64,000 bases of DNA, taken from NCBI GenBank assembly GCA_016192035.1, contig JACPUW010000035.1:52323-116322 (forward strand). Direction: 5' to 3'. Source of the DNA: Bacteroidota bacterium (lineage in GTDB: Bacteria > Bacteroidota > Bacteroidia > CAILMK01 > JACPUW01). Positions 1-9,747 of the stretch are shown here, in pieces (position 1 is the stretch's first letter; each line of letters opens with the position of its first letter). A program made the position numbers and the translations under genes. The notes under the pieces are model-generated. The model was not told where the DNA came from. It worked only from the letters and a program-made list of their open reading frames with translations, and searched no databases.

Positions 1-919
1 CTTTTTCCGTGCGTATGTCTATCCCGTTGTTGTTCAGATACACGTCAGGCAGTGATGGGTGCTCTTGCCGCCCAAATGGCCGCGACACTATGCCCGATAT
101 GGGCCACATAAAATTGGCCCTGTTCTTGGCAAAATCGGTACTGGCCAAACCCGATACCGCTGTGGACGCCGCTGCTGCGCTCCGGGCCATTTCGGCCTTT
201 ATCACTTCTTCTATGGCCTCGTCCAATTCCTTGGCTATCCGCTTGTCATCCTTTAACTTTTCACGGTATTCCTTTTCCTTGCCCTTCAGTTCGCCCAGCA
301 CCTGGTTGCGCTCCTCCCTATCGCCGGCCAGTTTTTCGCGCTCGCGGTGCAGGTTTTCTATCAGCAATTCCTTTTGCCGTATTTGTCCCTGTAGGTAGTC
401 CATCTTGCTGCCCAGTGATTCCCTTGTCGCCCTAATTAATTCCATTTGGTTGGCCCTCAGTTCATTATAGTATTTTATATAGCGCATCCGGTTCCAGGCC
501 TCTTGCAGGGTACTGGCCGCAAACACATATAGCACATAGTCATAGGCACTTCGGTTCTTAAATGCCCAGTAGGCCATCTCTATACATTCCTTGGTAATAG
601 AGGCTAAGTCGTCTTCCAGTGCCTGTACAAAAAGGGTGGTTTGGCCTATGCTCTGGCCCAGGGCTTCAAGCACATGTTGCTCCGTGACCAAGAGTTGTTC
701 CCGGTTGCGGATCTGCCGGTCTATTATTGCCAGGTAACTCAGGTTTTTACGCTGGGTGGCACTTGTTTGGTCTATCAGTTTTTGGGTATAGGCTATCTCT
801 TCCAGTTTTTGCTTCCGTTTTTTCTCCAGGTCTTCGCGCCCCTGCGCCTGCACTGTTCCATGCGCCAACAGTAGGCCTGTCATGACCCACAGCAACAGGT
901 ATTTACCTAAGGTAGCCAT
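1..919 (-). CDS. Peptidoglycan DD-metalloendopeptidase family protein (M23/EnvC-like). N-terminal coiled-coil part only; 5' end at 919, runs off the window at 1.
   Basis: Reverse-complement from the ATG at 919 reads MATLGKYLLLWVMTGLLLAHGTVQAQGREDLEKKRKQKLEEIAYTQKLIDQTSATQRKNLSYLAIIDRQ..., i.e. a signal peptide then a charged coiled coil. A frame that looks open to position 1 (only partly hand-translated) and absent from the ORF track, probably because the stop lies outside the window. Conserved Bacteroidota order TPR-DUF4292-M23. Confidence 0.55.
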   Translation of the reverse strand, partial: MATLGKYLLLWVMTGLLLAHGTVQAQGREDLEKKRKQKLEEIAYTQKLIDQTSATQRKNLSYLAIIDRQIRNREQLLVTEQHVLEALGQSIGQTTLFVQALEDDLASITKECIEMAYWAFKNRSAYDYVLYVFAASTLQEAWNRMRYIKYYNELRANQMELIRATRESLGSKMDYLQGQIRQKELLIENLHREREKLAGDREERNQVLGELKGKEKEYREKLKDDKRIAKELDEAIEEVIKAEMARSAAAASTAVSGLASTDFAKNRANFMWPISGIVSRPFGRQEHPSLPDVYLNNNGIDIRTEK

Positions 920-1673
920 CAGGTACTTCAAACTCGGCATTTTCACGTGCCACAAACGTAATTTTTGAATATTCAAAATCCAAGCTCTGCCATGCACCCT
1001 TGCTCATTTCCAGGTGAATTTTATAGGGTATTTGCCCGTATTCGCTTGGTCTATAGTCATCTAGACTTATAGTGGCCCGCCCCTGTATTCCGGCGTCCAG
1101 CTCGTACCTCACCAGTTTGAGCGTTTGCCTGTCCACCAGGGCTTTTTGTTGGATGCTATCGCCTGTTTCTATTGTGTAGTATGCATCCTGGGCACTAAAC
1201 CGGGCGCCCTCCAGGGCAAAGGGAATATGGCCCAAACTCAACCTCTGTACCGCCCTAAACCCTTCGGTGGGGCTCAGGTATCCCGCCAGTTGGGCATAGC
1301 CGTAGTGCATGTATTTCTGCTCCAGTCGGTTAATTATTTCTAGTTTTTCTAGGTCGGCCTGTAAGCGGGCCACTTCCATGAGTTTTGACAGGCGAAGCCA
1401 TACCAGGCTGTCGCGCCTCCATTTTAGGCTGGCCCCCAGGCTCAGGTTTATGCCATCGCCTTGCACGTGTACCTTGCCCGTGCCCACCATCCAGGCAAAG
1501 GCGGGGGCAGGGTTGGTCAGGGCATACACTTGTTCAAACTGTGCCAGGTTTTTCAACCTATCCATGGGGGGTAGCCCGCCAGTGCCGCGCCTAAGCCAGT
1601 TGCAGCCCGTGGCAGTAAGGCCCAGGGCTATCAACATCCACAGTGTCCTACTGGGCATGGTACTTTTTCTCAC
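903..1673 (-). CDS. DUF4292-family outer-membrane lipoprotein (LolA-like fold)
   Basis: 256 aa ORF with a signal peptide and lipobox-like LTATGC. Sits between the TPR protein and the M23 gene as in the conserved Bacteroidota module. GTG start at 1673. Confidence 0.65.
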   Translation of the reverse strand: MRKSTMPSRTLWMLIALGLTATGCNWLRRGTGGLPPMDRLKNLAQFEQVYALTNPAPAFAWMVGTGKVHVQGDGINLSLGASLKWRRDSLVWLRLSKLMEVARLQADLEKLEIINRLEQKYMHYGYAQLAGYLSPTEGFRAVQRLSLGHIPFALEGARFSAQDAYYTIETGDSIQQKALVDRQTLKLVRYELDAGIQGRATISLDDYRPSEYGQIPYKIHLEMSKGAWQSLDFEYSKITFVARENAEFEVPDGYLR

Positions 1674-3390
1674 GGATTTTTCTGTTCAGCCTTTCATGCG
1701 TGGCCCCTGCGTCCTGTGCTTTTTGCCAGTAGGCTACGGCTTGTAGGGTGTCGCCCATAAAGTATAGACAATCACCATAGTGCTCTAAAATATCCGGGTT
1801 ATCCCCGTCCAGGTCCAGGGCTTTGGTGAGCCACTGGGCCGATTCGGTATAAGCCCCTTTTTTAAACAGCACCCAGGCATACGTATCCATATAAGATGGG
1901 TCGCCGGGGTGAAGTTTAATCACCCGTATGGCCATACCCAAGGCCTTGTCCAGGTCTTGGCCCCTGTTTGCCAGAAAGTAGGCATAGTTGTTCAGCAGGG
2001 TTAGGTGTCCTTCATGTTTTGTTAGCAGCCACTCATAGATGTCGCGGGCCTTATCCCCTTGGCCCATACGGTCATAAATATCGGCCTGCAAAAGCTTCAT
2101 GCCCAGTTCCTCGCTGGTTTGTGTCACCACATACACCAATCCCGTTTCCAGCATCATCAAGGCATTCTCGTAGTCGCCCAATGCGGTAAATGCCTCGGCG
2201 GCATAGGCATAAAACCGCGTTTGGGTGGGGTATAGCTCGGCGGCTCCCGCACTTAGGTCGCGTAGCTTCTTGTATTCCTTTGTTTTGGAGTAGGCTTGTA
2301 GCAAATCGGTGAGGTACTGAAAATTGCTTGGGTCAGCTTCCCTGGCGCGTTCCAGGTAGCTTACCCATAGGGTTTCATCGCCGGCAGCCCAATAGATAGT
2401 GGCCAGCCAGGCGTTCACCTCCCCATCGGTGGAATAGGTTTGGGCCAGTATGGTGGCCAATGGTGTCAATACATCCACGGTCAACCCATTTATTTGCAAT
2501 TCCTTGAGCGTTTCGAGTTTTTCGGTGGCCGCTATGCCCGGGTGGGCCATGGCCACGGCCAGGGTCTCCACCCCGGCAGGTATTTCGCCTAGCCGTATCA
2601 TCACCTGGCCGAGTGCCAGTAGGGCAGGGCCGTGGTTTGATTTGAGCAGCAGCACCCTTTGGTAGGCGGCCTTAGATGCCCCATGTTCGCCCATTTCTCC
2701 ATACATCCGTGCCAGTACCTTCACATACCTATAGTTGTTGGGGTAGTTGTCGGCCAATTTCTTAGCTTCCAACAGGGCTTTTTCCTGGTTGCCCCCTTGT
2801 TCATATAGGCGTAGGCGTTCCTTGGCATACGTGCTGGTATATCCAAATTGGGCCTCCAGCTTGTCGAATTCTCCGGCGGCTAACTCGTAGTTGCCCTGGT
2901 ACTCATACAGTTTTGCCAGGTCCTTCCTAAGCCTTATGGCATCGCGGTCGCTGAGTGGTTGCCCAAGCCGGACATTTATCAGTTCGGCCGCTTGGGTGTA
3001 GTTGCGCGCCCTCATCAGCAGGTCGTAGTAGCATTGGTACATGTCCAGGTTGCCAGGGTCTATCCTATAGCCGTTTTGGGCATAGGCCAAGGCCCGGGTC
3101 CGGTCGTTCATTTCGCGGTAGCAGTTGGAGAGCATCAGGTAGCCCGCCACCAATCTAGGATCCATTTTTAGGCATTTTTCAAATGCCACTACAGCCTGGT
3201 CATACTGAAAAGTGGCGTAGGCCTTCATGCCTTCAAAGAAGGTCTCCCTAAGGGGGTTGCCGCTTAGGAACCCTGCCTCGTCCACCTTTTCGGTGTTCCC
3301 TTTTTTTCCCTTCCGCTGGGCTGCGGCCTCTGGGGGGCTTAGCGCCCACAACATGATGGTTATTGCCAAGTATGTGAGTACTTGGTTCAT
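1648..3390 (-). CDS. Tetratricopeptide-repeat protein, secreted
   Basis: 580 aa with a signal peptide and many TPR-like Y/A/L-periodic repeats (AYAQNGYRIDPGNLDMYQ..., ALLALGQVMIRLGE...). Overlaps DUF4292 by 26 nt. Confidence 0.8.
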   Translation of the reverse strand: MNQVLTYLAITIMLWALSPPEAAAQRKGKKGNTEKVDEAGFLSGNPLRETFFEGMKAYATFQYDQAVVAFEKCLKMDPRLVAGYLMLSNCYREMNDRTRALAYAQNGYRIDPGNLDMYQCYYDLLMRARNYTQAAELINVRLGQPLSDRDAIRLRKDLAKLYEYQGNYELAAGEFDKLEAQFGYTSTYAKERLRLYEQGGNQEKALLEAKKLADNYPNNYRYVKVLARMYGEMGEHGASKAAYQRVLLLKSNHGPALLALGQVMIRLGEIPAGVETLAVAMAHPGIAATEKLETLKELQINGLTVDVLTPLATILAQTYSTDGEVNAWLATIYWAAGDETLWVSYLERAREADPSNFQYLTDLLQAYSKTKEYKKLRDLSAGAAELYPTQTRFYAYAAEAFTALGDYENALMMLETGLVYVVTQTSEELGMKLLQADIYDRMGQGDKARDIYEWLLTKHEGHLTLLNNYAYFLANRGQDLDKALGMAIRVIKLHPGDPSYMDTYAWVLFKKGAYTESAQWLTKALDLDGDNPDILEHYGDCLYFMGDTLQAVAYWQKAQDAGATHERLNRKIREKKYHAQ

Positions 3391-4395
3391 TTAGTATAGT
3401 TCGTTATAGTCACCCAGGCTCAACTCCCTGGGTGGTAGGTGTATTTTTACGTGGCTGCCAATCATGGCGCCCTGGGCTACCAGGCCGCGTACGGTGCTAT
3501 GGGTCTGTATGATACTGTCTGACAATATGCTATGTTCTATACTACTGCCAGTGCCTATGGATACGCGTGGGCCCACCACACAGTGCCTAAGCACTACCCC
3601 GGGGCCTATATAGCATGGAGGCACTACCACGGCCTGCTCCATGATTACGTCAGCGCTTACCAAGCCTGGCCGGTCGCGTTTGAGCTCTAGGTACCTGCCA
3701 TTCGTTTCTACGGTCACGGCATAGTTTCCACAGTCCATCCATTCGTCCACGGTTTGCGACATAAACTGCATGCCCTTGTTTTTCATGTTTTCTAGCGCAT
3801 CGGTTATTTGGTACTCGCCCTTGCCCATGATGCCATGGTCTAGCAGGTACTTGATTTCACTCCTAAGCACAGCGGCATCCTTAAAGTAATAAATACCAAT
3901 TATTGCTTCATTTGAACGCGGTTTTTCAGGCTTTTCCTCAAACTCCGTAATAATGCCTTGGGTATTTTTATTTACCACCCCAAAGGCCCTTGGATCATCC
4001 ACCTCTTTGGTCCATATGATGCCGTCGGCCTGTATGTTCAGGGCAAAGCGGGCATAAAACAGGGTATCGGCAAAGGCGATTACGCAGGGCCCATCAAGCG
4101 AAGGATGGGCCTGGTATATGGCATGGGCGGTGCCGAGTGGCTCGTCTTGATAGTAAATGCTTCCCTGTGCCCCTATGTTGGCAGCTACATTAAGCAGTTG
4201 TTCTTCAATAGGTTTTCCAAATCTGCCTATCACAAACGCTACTTCATCTACCTTGCCTTCGGCCAGTTGGGCTATGTCGTTTATCAAATGTTCTACTATT
4301 GGCTTGCCCGCCACATGTACCAGGGGTTTGGGAACGGTGAGGGTGTGTGGGCGCATTCTTTTGCCCATGCCTGCCATTGGAACGATGATCTTCAT
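3391..4395 (-). CDS. Sugar-phosphate nucleotidyltransferase with C-terminal left-handed beta-helix (GlmU/RmlA-like)
   Basis: 334 aa. N-terminus MKIIVPMAGMGKRMRP (the G-x-G-x-R NTP-transferase motif); hexapeptide repeats at the C-terminus (VVPPCYIGPGVVLRHCVVGPRVSIG). Confidence 0.75.
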   Translation of the reverse strand: MKIIVPMAGMGKRMRPHTLTVPKPLVHVAGKPIVEHLINDIAQLAEGKVDEVAFVIGRFGKPIEEQLLNVAANIGAQGSIYYQDEPLGTAHAIYQAHPSLDGPCVIAFADTLFYARFALNIQADGIIWTKEVDDPRAFGVVNKNTQGIITEFEEKPEKPRSNEAIIGIYYFKDAAVLRSEIKYLLDHGIMGKGEYQITDALENMKNKGMQFMSQTVDEWMDCGNYAVTVETNGRYLELKRDRPGLVSADVIMEQAVVVPPCYIGPGVVLRHCVVGPRVSIGTGSSIEHSILSDSIIQTHSTVRGLVAQGAMIGSHVKIHLPPRELSLGDYNELY

Positions 4396-4428
4396 AAGGG
4401 GGCTATTGCTTAATTGCTGTTGAATATG

Positions 4429-4866
4429 TTATTGGATTCCGGTATGTCCAAAACCACCGGCCCCGCGCGTGCTGGTGCCAAGGCTGTTTGCCGGTGTGAG
4501 GGTTGCCTGCACGCAGGGTGATACCACAACTTGGGCTATGCGCATCCCGTTTTCTATGGTAAACGGCTCTTTGCCCAGGTTCACCATGAGTACCTGTATT
4601 TCACCCCGATAGTCGGAATCAATGGTGCCTGGTGTATTGAGCAGGGTTATGCCGTGGTGCAGGGCTAGCCCACTCCGGGGGCGCACCTGGGCTTCGTACC
4701 CATTGGGCAATTCAAGATACAATCCAGTGGGGACCAATATCCTATGGCCCGGAAGTAGGGTTAAGGAGCCATCAAGGAAAGCTTGGATGTCAAAACCGGC
4801 CGAACCTGCCGTTTGATAGCGCGGCAAGGGGTTGTTTGATAGGTTGATGATATTGATTTCCACGAC
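4429..4866 (-). CDS. dut: dUTP diphosphatase
   Basis: [16 protein letters not shown]...[11 protein letters not shown] motifs. The ORF extends to 4935 but the homology starts at [11 protein letters not shown], so a GTG start near 4866 is likely. Confidence 0.85.
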   Translation of the reverse strand, partial: VVEINIINLSNNPLPRYQTAGSAGFDIQAFLDGSLTLLPGHRILVPTGLYLELPNGYEAQVRPRSGLALHHGITLLNTPGTIDSDYRGEIQVLMVNLGKEPFTIENGMRIAQVVVSPCVQATLTPANSLGTSTRGAGGFGHTGIQ

Positions 4867-4889
4867 CGGTATAAGGGGCTTTCCGGGGC

Positions 4890-6344
4890 TTACCTGCGCA
4901 AAAGTAGCAGACGACGGGGTTTTTCCACTGCCCAAACAAAGGCGCCAAAGAGCAGGATCAGGGCGTTGGCCACCACCGTTTGCTGCACCAGATTGGTCAT
5001 GCCTACCCCGGCAAACAGCAACCAGAACACTACGGCAATGCCTATGTACAAGGCCAACCTGCCAAAGTCATAGGGTATGGGGTAATGGCGGCGGCCCACC
5101 AAGGCTGACACCACCATCATGGCCAAGAACGAAAAAAAAGTGGCCCAAGCTGCCCCTATGTATCCTATGGATGGCACCAGGGTAAACAAGGACAATGTGG
5201 TTATTGCAGCCCCTATCACGCTGATATACAATCCCCATATGGTTTGTTCGGTGAGCTTGTACCACACCGATAGGTTGTAATGGATGCCCAAGAACAATTG
5301 GCCAAGCAGTACAATGGGCACCACATGCTTGCCTACCCGGTACTTTTCGTCCAGGATATGCAGCACCAGGTCTAGGTTTAGTGCCACCCCCAAGAACACC
5401 AGGCATTCCACTATGACAAACCATTTAAGCACCAAGGCATAGGTTGCTTTGGCATCACTATCTTTTTGTATGCCAAAGAAAAAGGGCTCGGCGGCAAACT
5501 TGAATGCCTGTACCACTATGGCCATGGCAATGGACAGCTTATATACCGCGCCATAAATCCCGGTCTGCGCATAGCCCTCATCCGGGCTGCCCGGTAGGAG
5601 TTTTTCCATCAAACTCTTGTCCATGTTTTCGTTGACCCAAGCTGCCAGGCCCACTATTATAAGCGGCCAAGCGTAGCTCAGCATGTCGTTCATGGCCTTG
5701 CCGTCCTGCTCGGGCCGTACCCCCTTATATTCCTTGGCCACCAGAGCCAGGGTGAGCGCAGATGCCAAAAGGTTACTCAGAAAAATATAGAACACTTTTT
5801 GGCCGGGATCAAAAATCACGGCTTGGGGATCCATATAGGTATAGGCCACGAAAAAGAGGATGTTAAATCCCACATTTGCCAAGATATTGAGCAATTTAAG
5901 CCCCGCAAAGCGTTTGGCTTTGCCCAAATGGCGCAGCCGCGCAAATGGGAGTATGGCAAGGGCATCAAAGAACAACATACCCGCTATAAGACGGATATAC
6001 CAAGGATTGCCAATGGACAACAAACCGTCAATACCGGTGGCAGTAAGCAATAAGAGCAGGCTGATGATGGAGGAACTGCCCAGGATGATGGTAAATGCGT
6101 TGTTAAACGCTTTGGGTTCACTCGATTTATTGGCGTAGAAAAAATAGGTAGTTTCCATGCCCATAGCGCAGAGCACGTTGAGCAGGGCCACATATCCATA
6201 CAGTGCGTTCACATGCCCCATGTCGCGGGTTTGGTCCAGCAGGTGAGAGAATATGGGGATAAGCGCAAAATTGAGCAGCCTGCCTAGAATGGTACTTACT
6301 CCGTACACCAGGGTTTGGGAGGCGAGCGCCCTAACCTTACTCAA
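4890..6344 (-). CDS. Polysaccharide biosynthesis protein / Wzx-like oligosaccharide flippase (MOP superfamily)
   Basis: 484 aa polytopic membrane protein. N-terminus [36 protein letters not shown] is typical of the Wzx/PST family. Confidence 0.7.
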   Translation of the reverse strand: MSKVRALASQTLVYGVSTILGRLLNFALIPIFSHLLDQTRDMGHVNALYGYVALLNVLCAMGMETTYFFYANKSSEPKAFNNAFTIILGSSSIISLLLLLTATGIDGLLSIGNPWYIRLIAGMLFFDALAILPFARLRHLGKAKRFAGLKLLNILANVGFNILFFVAYTYMDPQAVIFDPGQKVFYIFLSNLLASALTLALVAKEYKGVRPEQDGKAMNDMLSYAWPLIIVGLAAWVNENMDKSLMEKLLPGSPDEGYAQTGIYGAVYKLSIAMAIVVQAFKFAAEPFFFGIQKDSDAKATYALVLKWFVIVECLVFLGVALNLDLVLHILDEKYRVGKHVVPIVLLGQLFLGIHYNLSVWYKLTEQTIWGLYISVIGAAITTLSLFTLVPSIGYIGAAWATFFSFLAMMVVSALVGRRHYPIPYDFGRLALYIGIAVVFWLLFAGVGMTNLVQQTVVANALILLFGAFVWAVEKPRRLLLLRR

Positions 6345-6411
6345 TTTCGTATGGCTTTGTGATTCACGGCTGAAATATAGCGATAGGCCAAGCGTATGGG
6401 CTACAGGTCTA

Positions 6412-6780
6412 TTAACCGCCCTTTTGTTTTACCTTGTAACCCAGTTCTTTGAGCGTTTCCATGACCTGCGTCCTCTTGTCGCCCTGTATGATGATGGTGC
6501 CATCCTTGAAAGTGCCACCCACCCCACATTTCTGTTTCAAGGTTTTGCACAGCTCGCCCAGCAAGTCTTCAGATCCTTCAAACCCATCTACCACCGTGGC
6601 TTGTTTGCCAGCCCTGCCTTTTTTGTCGCGCGACACATAGAGCGGTACGTGTGATGGGTGTGTTACCAGGCCTTCATCCTGTGCCGCAGGTTCCAGTTCA
6701 TGTGCATGGGTGCTGTACACCAATCCTCCCAGGCTGCTTAAATCTTGAATGGCCCGTTTTTGAGGCTTGTCCTTAGCCAT
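6412..6780 (-). CDS. yciH: Translation initiation factor SUI1/YciH (eIF1 homologue)
   Basis: MAKDKPQK...LVYSTHAHELEP...GKQATVVDGFEG...KCGVGGTFKDGTIIIQGDKRTQV, the characteristic SUI1 fold sequence. The ORF extends upstream to 6822. Confidence 0.8.
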   Translation of the reverse strand: MAKDKPQKRAIQDLSSLGGLVYSTHAHELEPAAQDEGLVTHPSHVPLYVSRDKKGRAGKQATVVDGFEGSEDLLGELCKTLKQKCGVGGTFKDGTIIIQGDKRTQVMETLKELGYKVKQKGG

Positions 6781-7198
6781 GTGTTTCTGTGTTGATTGAC
6801 AGTATGTCTTGATACTGGGCATCTGTGAGTGGGACCACCGAAAGCCGGCCCTGCGAAAAGAGTGGGATACCTACCAGTCCCGGCCTTTGCCGCAATAGGC
6901 TAAGCCCAATGGGCTTTGTCAAAGTGTGGTCAGGCACTATTTCTATAGCCAGGAACTTACCGGTGGCATCACCAGGGTCGGCAAAAGGACCGGAATTAAC
7001 CCTGGCCATGCCCACAATACATGGCTCCTTGCCGCTGTGGTAAATTAATGCCGGTTGACCCGGCGCCATCAAGGCCATATAGTTTCGGGCTTGATAGTTT
7101 CTCACGCCGTCCCATATGGTAACCCCCGCTTCCAGTAGATCGGACCAAGAAAAGGATTTGGGTTCCGTTTTAAGTATCCAAGCAAATGGAGCTTCCAT
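6773..7198 (-). CDS. EVE (PUA-like) domain protein
   Basis: MEAPFAWILKTEPKSFSWSDLL...VTIWDGVRNYQARNYMALMAPGQPALIYHSG is the EVE signature. The ORF extends to 7246. Confidence 0.7.
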   Translation of the reverse strand: MEAPFAWILKTEPKSFSWSDLLEAGVTIWDGVRNYQARNYMALMAPGQPALIYHSGKEPCIVGMARVNSGPFADPGDATGKFLAIEIVPDHTLTKPIGLSLLRQRPGLVGIPLFSQGRLSVVPLTDAQYQDILSINTETHG

Positions 7199-7276
7199 GA
7201 GGCGCGAAATAACAAAAAAGGGGGCGATGGAACCGCCCCCTTTCACGTAATGAGGAAATTGATGAAGGATAGTGGT

Positions 7277-7960
7277 CTATAATTGGGTAAGTCCCGCATT
7301 TCGGGTTGCCTCGCCTTTGCTGGGCTCGGTACCAAACACTACGGGTATCAACAGCATGTGGCCATTGCGCTCTATGCGCAAGGTGGCTTTTTGGCCGGCC
7401 ATATATGCGCCCACCACCTGGCGAAGATTCTCTTGTACAATGGGTTGTTGGTCAATGCCAATTAGGATATCGCCCTTTTTAAGCCCGGCATATTCAGCTC
7501 CTGAACCAGCTATGGGTTTGTTGAGCACTACACCCAGAAGGGCATTTGACGGTTTGCCCAGCGGCTCTATGCCCAAGAAGGCATTTGCCTTTGACAGGCC
7601 TTCAAAATCGGGCATTTTGGCCTGTTCCATTATCATTTGTTGCCCTCGCTCTATGCGCAGGGTAAGGTCTTCACCGGGCAGCTGTCCGGCAAACACGGTG
7701 TGTAGGTTCTGGGCCAGCACCATGCGGTCGTTTATGCCCAACAAGATGTCGTTGGCCTGCAGGCCCAGGGCAGCCGCCACACCTTGTGGATCCACCTCTA
7801 CCAGCAGGATACCCATGGGCGAGGCCTGAGGGGTGGTGTAGGATATACCGAGTCGGGTGTCGGTAAGTTGTTTGGTTTGCACTGGGGCAGCAATGGCTGA
7901 AATGGCCATGCTTACAATGGCGATTGCCGTGGCGAAAGTGGTTTTGATGAAGCTTGTCAT
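7277..7960 (-). CDS. Secreted tandem PDZ-domain protein
   Basis: Signal peptide MTSFIKTTFATAIAIVSMA, then two PDZ-like segments (GILLVEVDPQGVAAALGLQANDILLGIND and GVVLNKPIAGSGAEYAGLKKGDILIGID). Confidence 0.7.
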   Translation of the reverse strand: MTSFIKTTFATAIAIVSMAISAIAAPVQTKQLTDTRLGISYTTPQASPMGILLVEVDPQGVAAALGLQANDILLGINDRMVLAQNLHTVFAGQLPGEDLTLRIERGQQMIMEQAKMPDFEGLSKANAFLGIEPLGKPSNALLGVVLNKPIAGSGAEYAGLKKGDILIGIDQQPIVQENLRQVVGAYMAGQKATLRIERNGHMLLIPVVFGTEPSKGEATRNAGLTQL

Positions 7961-8191
7961 AATGGTTGTTTTGTTTACAATTCGGGTACAAATCTGTGGT
8001 GGCAAATCCAACAAAACAAGCACAATAACTTAGATTAACTCTTGGAAAACAGTGGGTTACCGTTAATGGAACCCATTTGCCACCCATCTCTTAATCCTTA
8101 CAAAATGGTTAAGGTTTGCAAACGGATTGTAACCTTTTTGGGGAGGGTGAAGCAGAAAAAGCGGGCGGGGAGGGCTAGCGGGGTGACGGGA

Positions 8192-8761
8192 TTATTTCCA
8201 CTCCAACTCATCAGAGAGTACCTCAAAACTGGCCCCATTGTTTTTGGTGACAATGGCTTTGAACTGCACCAGGCCGGTCAGTGATTTTCCTTTCAGTTTT
8301 AAGTAGATAACCGAATAATTTGGATAAAAAGGGGTATTGAGGTGCCACCGTAGGGAGTCAACTCTATAACTGGGCCAGCCTCCGGCGGCCAGCACGCTTT
8401 GCCCAGAGTCTATTCCCTCCATATCATGTAGGCTTATTATGTCTATGGCCAGCACACTATCGCGCAACTGAATGTCGGTGGGGTCACAACTCGTTTTATT
8501 GGGGTCATGGCTGTAGGTATATTGAAAGCGCATACCCAATTTGAGTGCATTGCCCAACACCTCGTTTTCTGACGGTTTCCAAAGGGTTTCCAGCATTTGG
8601 GTACTGTCGGCATTGTAGTCTTGATTGTCATACACGGTGAGCACGGCATTGGAATGGCGTATGACCAACACATAGGGCTCACAGCCACATGACCCAAGCC
8701 CAAGGGCCACAATACACAATAGGCAGCCAAAGGGCCATACAGCCAAATGCTTAGCAGACAT
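8192..8761 (-). CDS. Hypothetical lipoprotein
   Basis: 189 aa ORF with a signal peptide and lipobox (LGLGSCG). No recognisable domain. Confidence 0.45.
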   Translation of the reverse strand: MSAKHLAVWPFGCLLCIVALGLGSCGCEPYVLVIRHSNAVLTVYDNQDYNADSTQMLETLWKPSENEVLGNALKLGMRFQYTYSHDPNKTSCDPTDIQLRDSVLAIDIISLHDMEGIDSGQSVLAAGGWPSYRVDSLRWHLNTPFYPNYSVIYLKLKGKSLTGLVQFKAIVTKNNGASFEVLSDELEWK

Positions 8762-8871
8762 GTAAAAGGTGAATTTTCCTCCAAAAGTACACGCAGGAGG
8801 CCATGTGTTGCCGCCGTATGGGCCACCTATGGCCAGGGGATGGGGTAATTTGCCCCCAACAAACCAGGACC

Positions 8872-9747
8872 ATGCTGAGCATACAGTGCAGGGGAAAGCT
8901 TGTGGAATTTGATAAGCCCAAAGTAATGGGCATAGTAAACCTCACGCCAGATTCCTTTTACGATGGTGGCAAATACCAGGGCATGGACTTGGCACTGAGG
9001 CAAGTGGCCAAGCTCTTGGACGAAGGGGCAGATATGATTGATTTGGGGGGCTGCAGTACCCGTCCCGGAGCTACACAAGTGGGCCCAGATATTGAATTGG
9101 AGCGGTTAATTCCTGTATTACAAGGCGTAGTAAAAGAATTCCCACAGGCCATAATATCAGTAGATACCTACCGGGCTCAGGTAGCCCGTGAAGCGGTGCT
9201 GGCCGGTGCCCACATCATAAATGATATAAGTGCAGGGGATGATGACGTGGATATGATGGCGACGGTGGCCGAATTGGGGGTTCCATACGTGGCCATGCAC
9301 AAACAGGGCAGCCCCATGCACATGCAGCAAAACCCTACGTATGGCAAAGTGGTAACCGATGTGGCCCACTACTTAAGCCTCAAATTGGCCCAAGCATTCC
9401 AGGCTGGTATCAAGGATGTGATGGTGGATCCAGGTTTTGGTTTTGGCAAAACCTTGGAGCAGAATTACCAGTTGCTGTGGCATTTAGATCATTTTAAATT
9501 GCTTGACGCGCCGCTTTTGGTGGGCCTGTCGCGCAAGAGCATGATATACCGAGTACTGGACACTACGCCCGCCGACTCATTAAACGGCACCACTGCGCTC
9601 CATGCCTTGGCGCTGCTTAGGGGAGCACACTTGCTAAGGGTGCATGACGTGCGCCAGGCCAAGGAAACCATAGCACTAATGGAAGCCCTACGGCAGTGGG
9701 GCGGGCTGGAAGGTGGCCCCGTGATTAATGCCATATTTGCGGGCTAA
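8872..9747 (+). CDS. folP: Dihydropteroate synthase
   Basis: GIVNLTPDSFYDGG...IDLGGCSTRPGA...INDISAG...VDPGFGFGKT...GLSRKSM pterin-binding motifs. The ORF begins at 8803; a start near 8872 is more likely. Confidence 0.85.
   Translation: MLSIQCRGKLVEFDKPKVMGIVNLTPDSFYDGGKYQGMDLALRQVAKLLDEGADMIDLGGCSTRPGATQVGPDIELERLIPVLQGVVKEFPQAIISVDTYRAQVAREAVLAGAHIINDISAGDDDVDMMATVAELGVPYVAMHKQGSPMHMQQNPTYGKVVTDVAHYLSLKLAQAFQAGIKDVMVDPGFGFGKTLEQNYQLLWHLDHFKLLDAPLLVGLSRKSMIYRVLDTTPADSLNGTTALHALALLRGAHLLRVHDVRQAKETIALMEALRQWGGLEGGPVINAIFAG

Noticed and set aside
9-874. Plus-strand ORFs 9..398 and 641..874
   Set aside because: They lie antisense to a coherent minus-strand reading frame (M23/EnvC-like coiled-coil protein). 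Their composition is Ser/Arg/Cys-rich and non-protein-like.
8023-8192. 170 nt spacer with GTTTGCAAAC palindrome and G-rich run
   Set aside because: It is a short intergenic promoter region between divergent or tandem genes. The palindrome is only 10 nt and there is no further structure.
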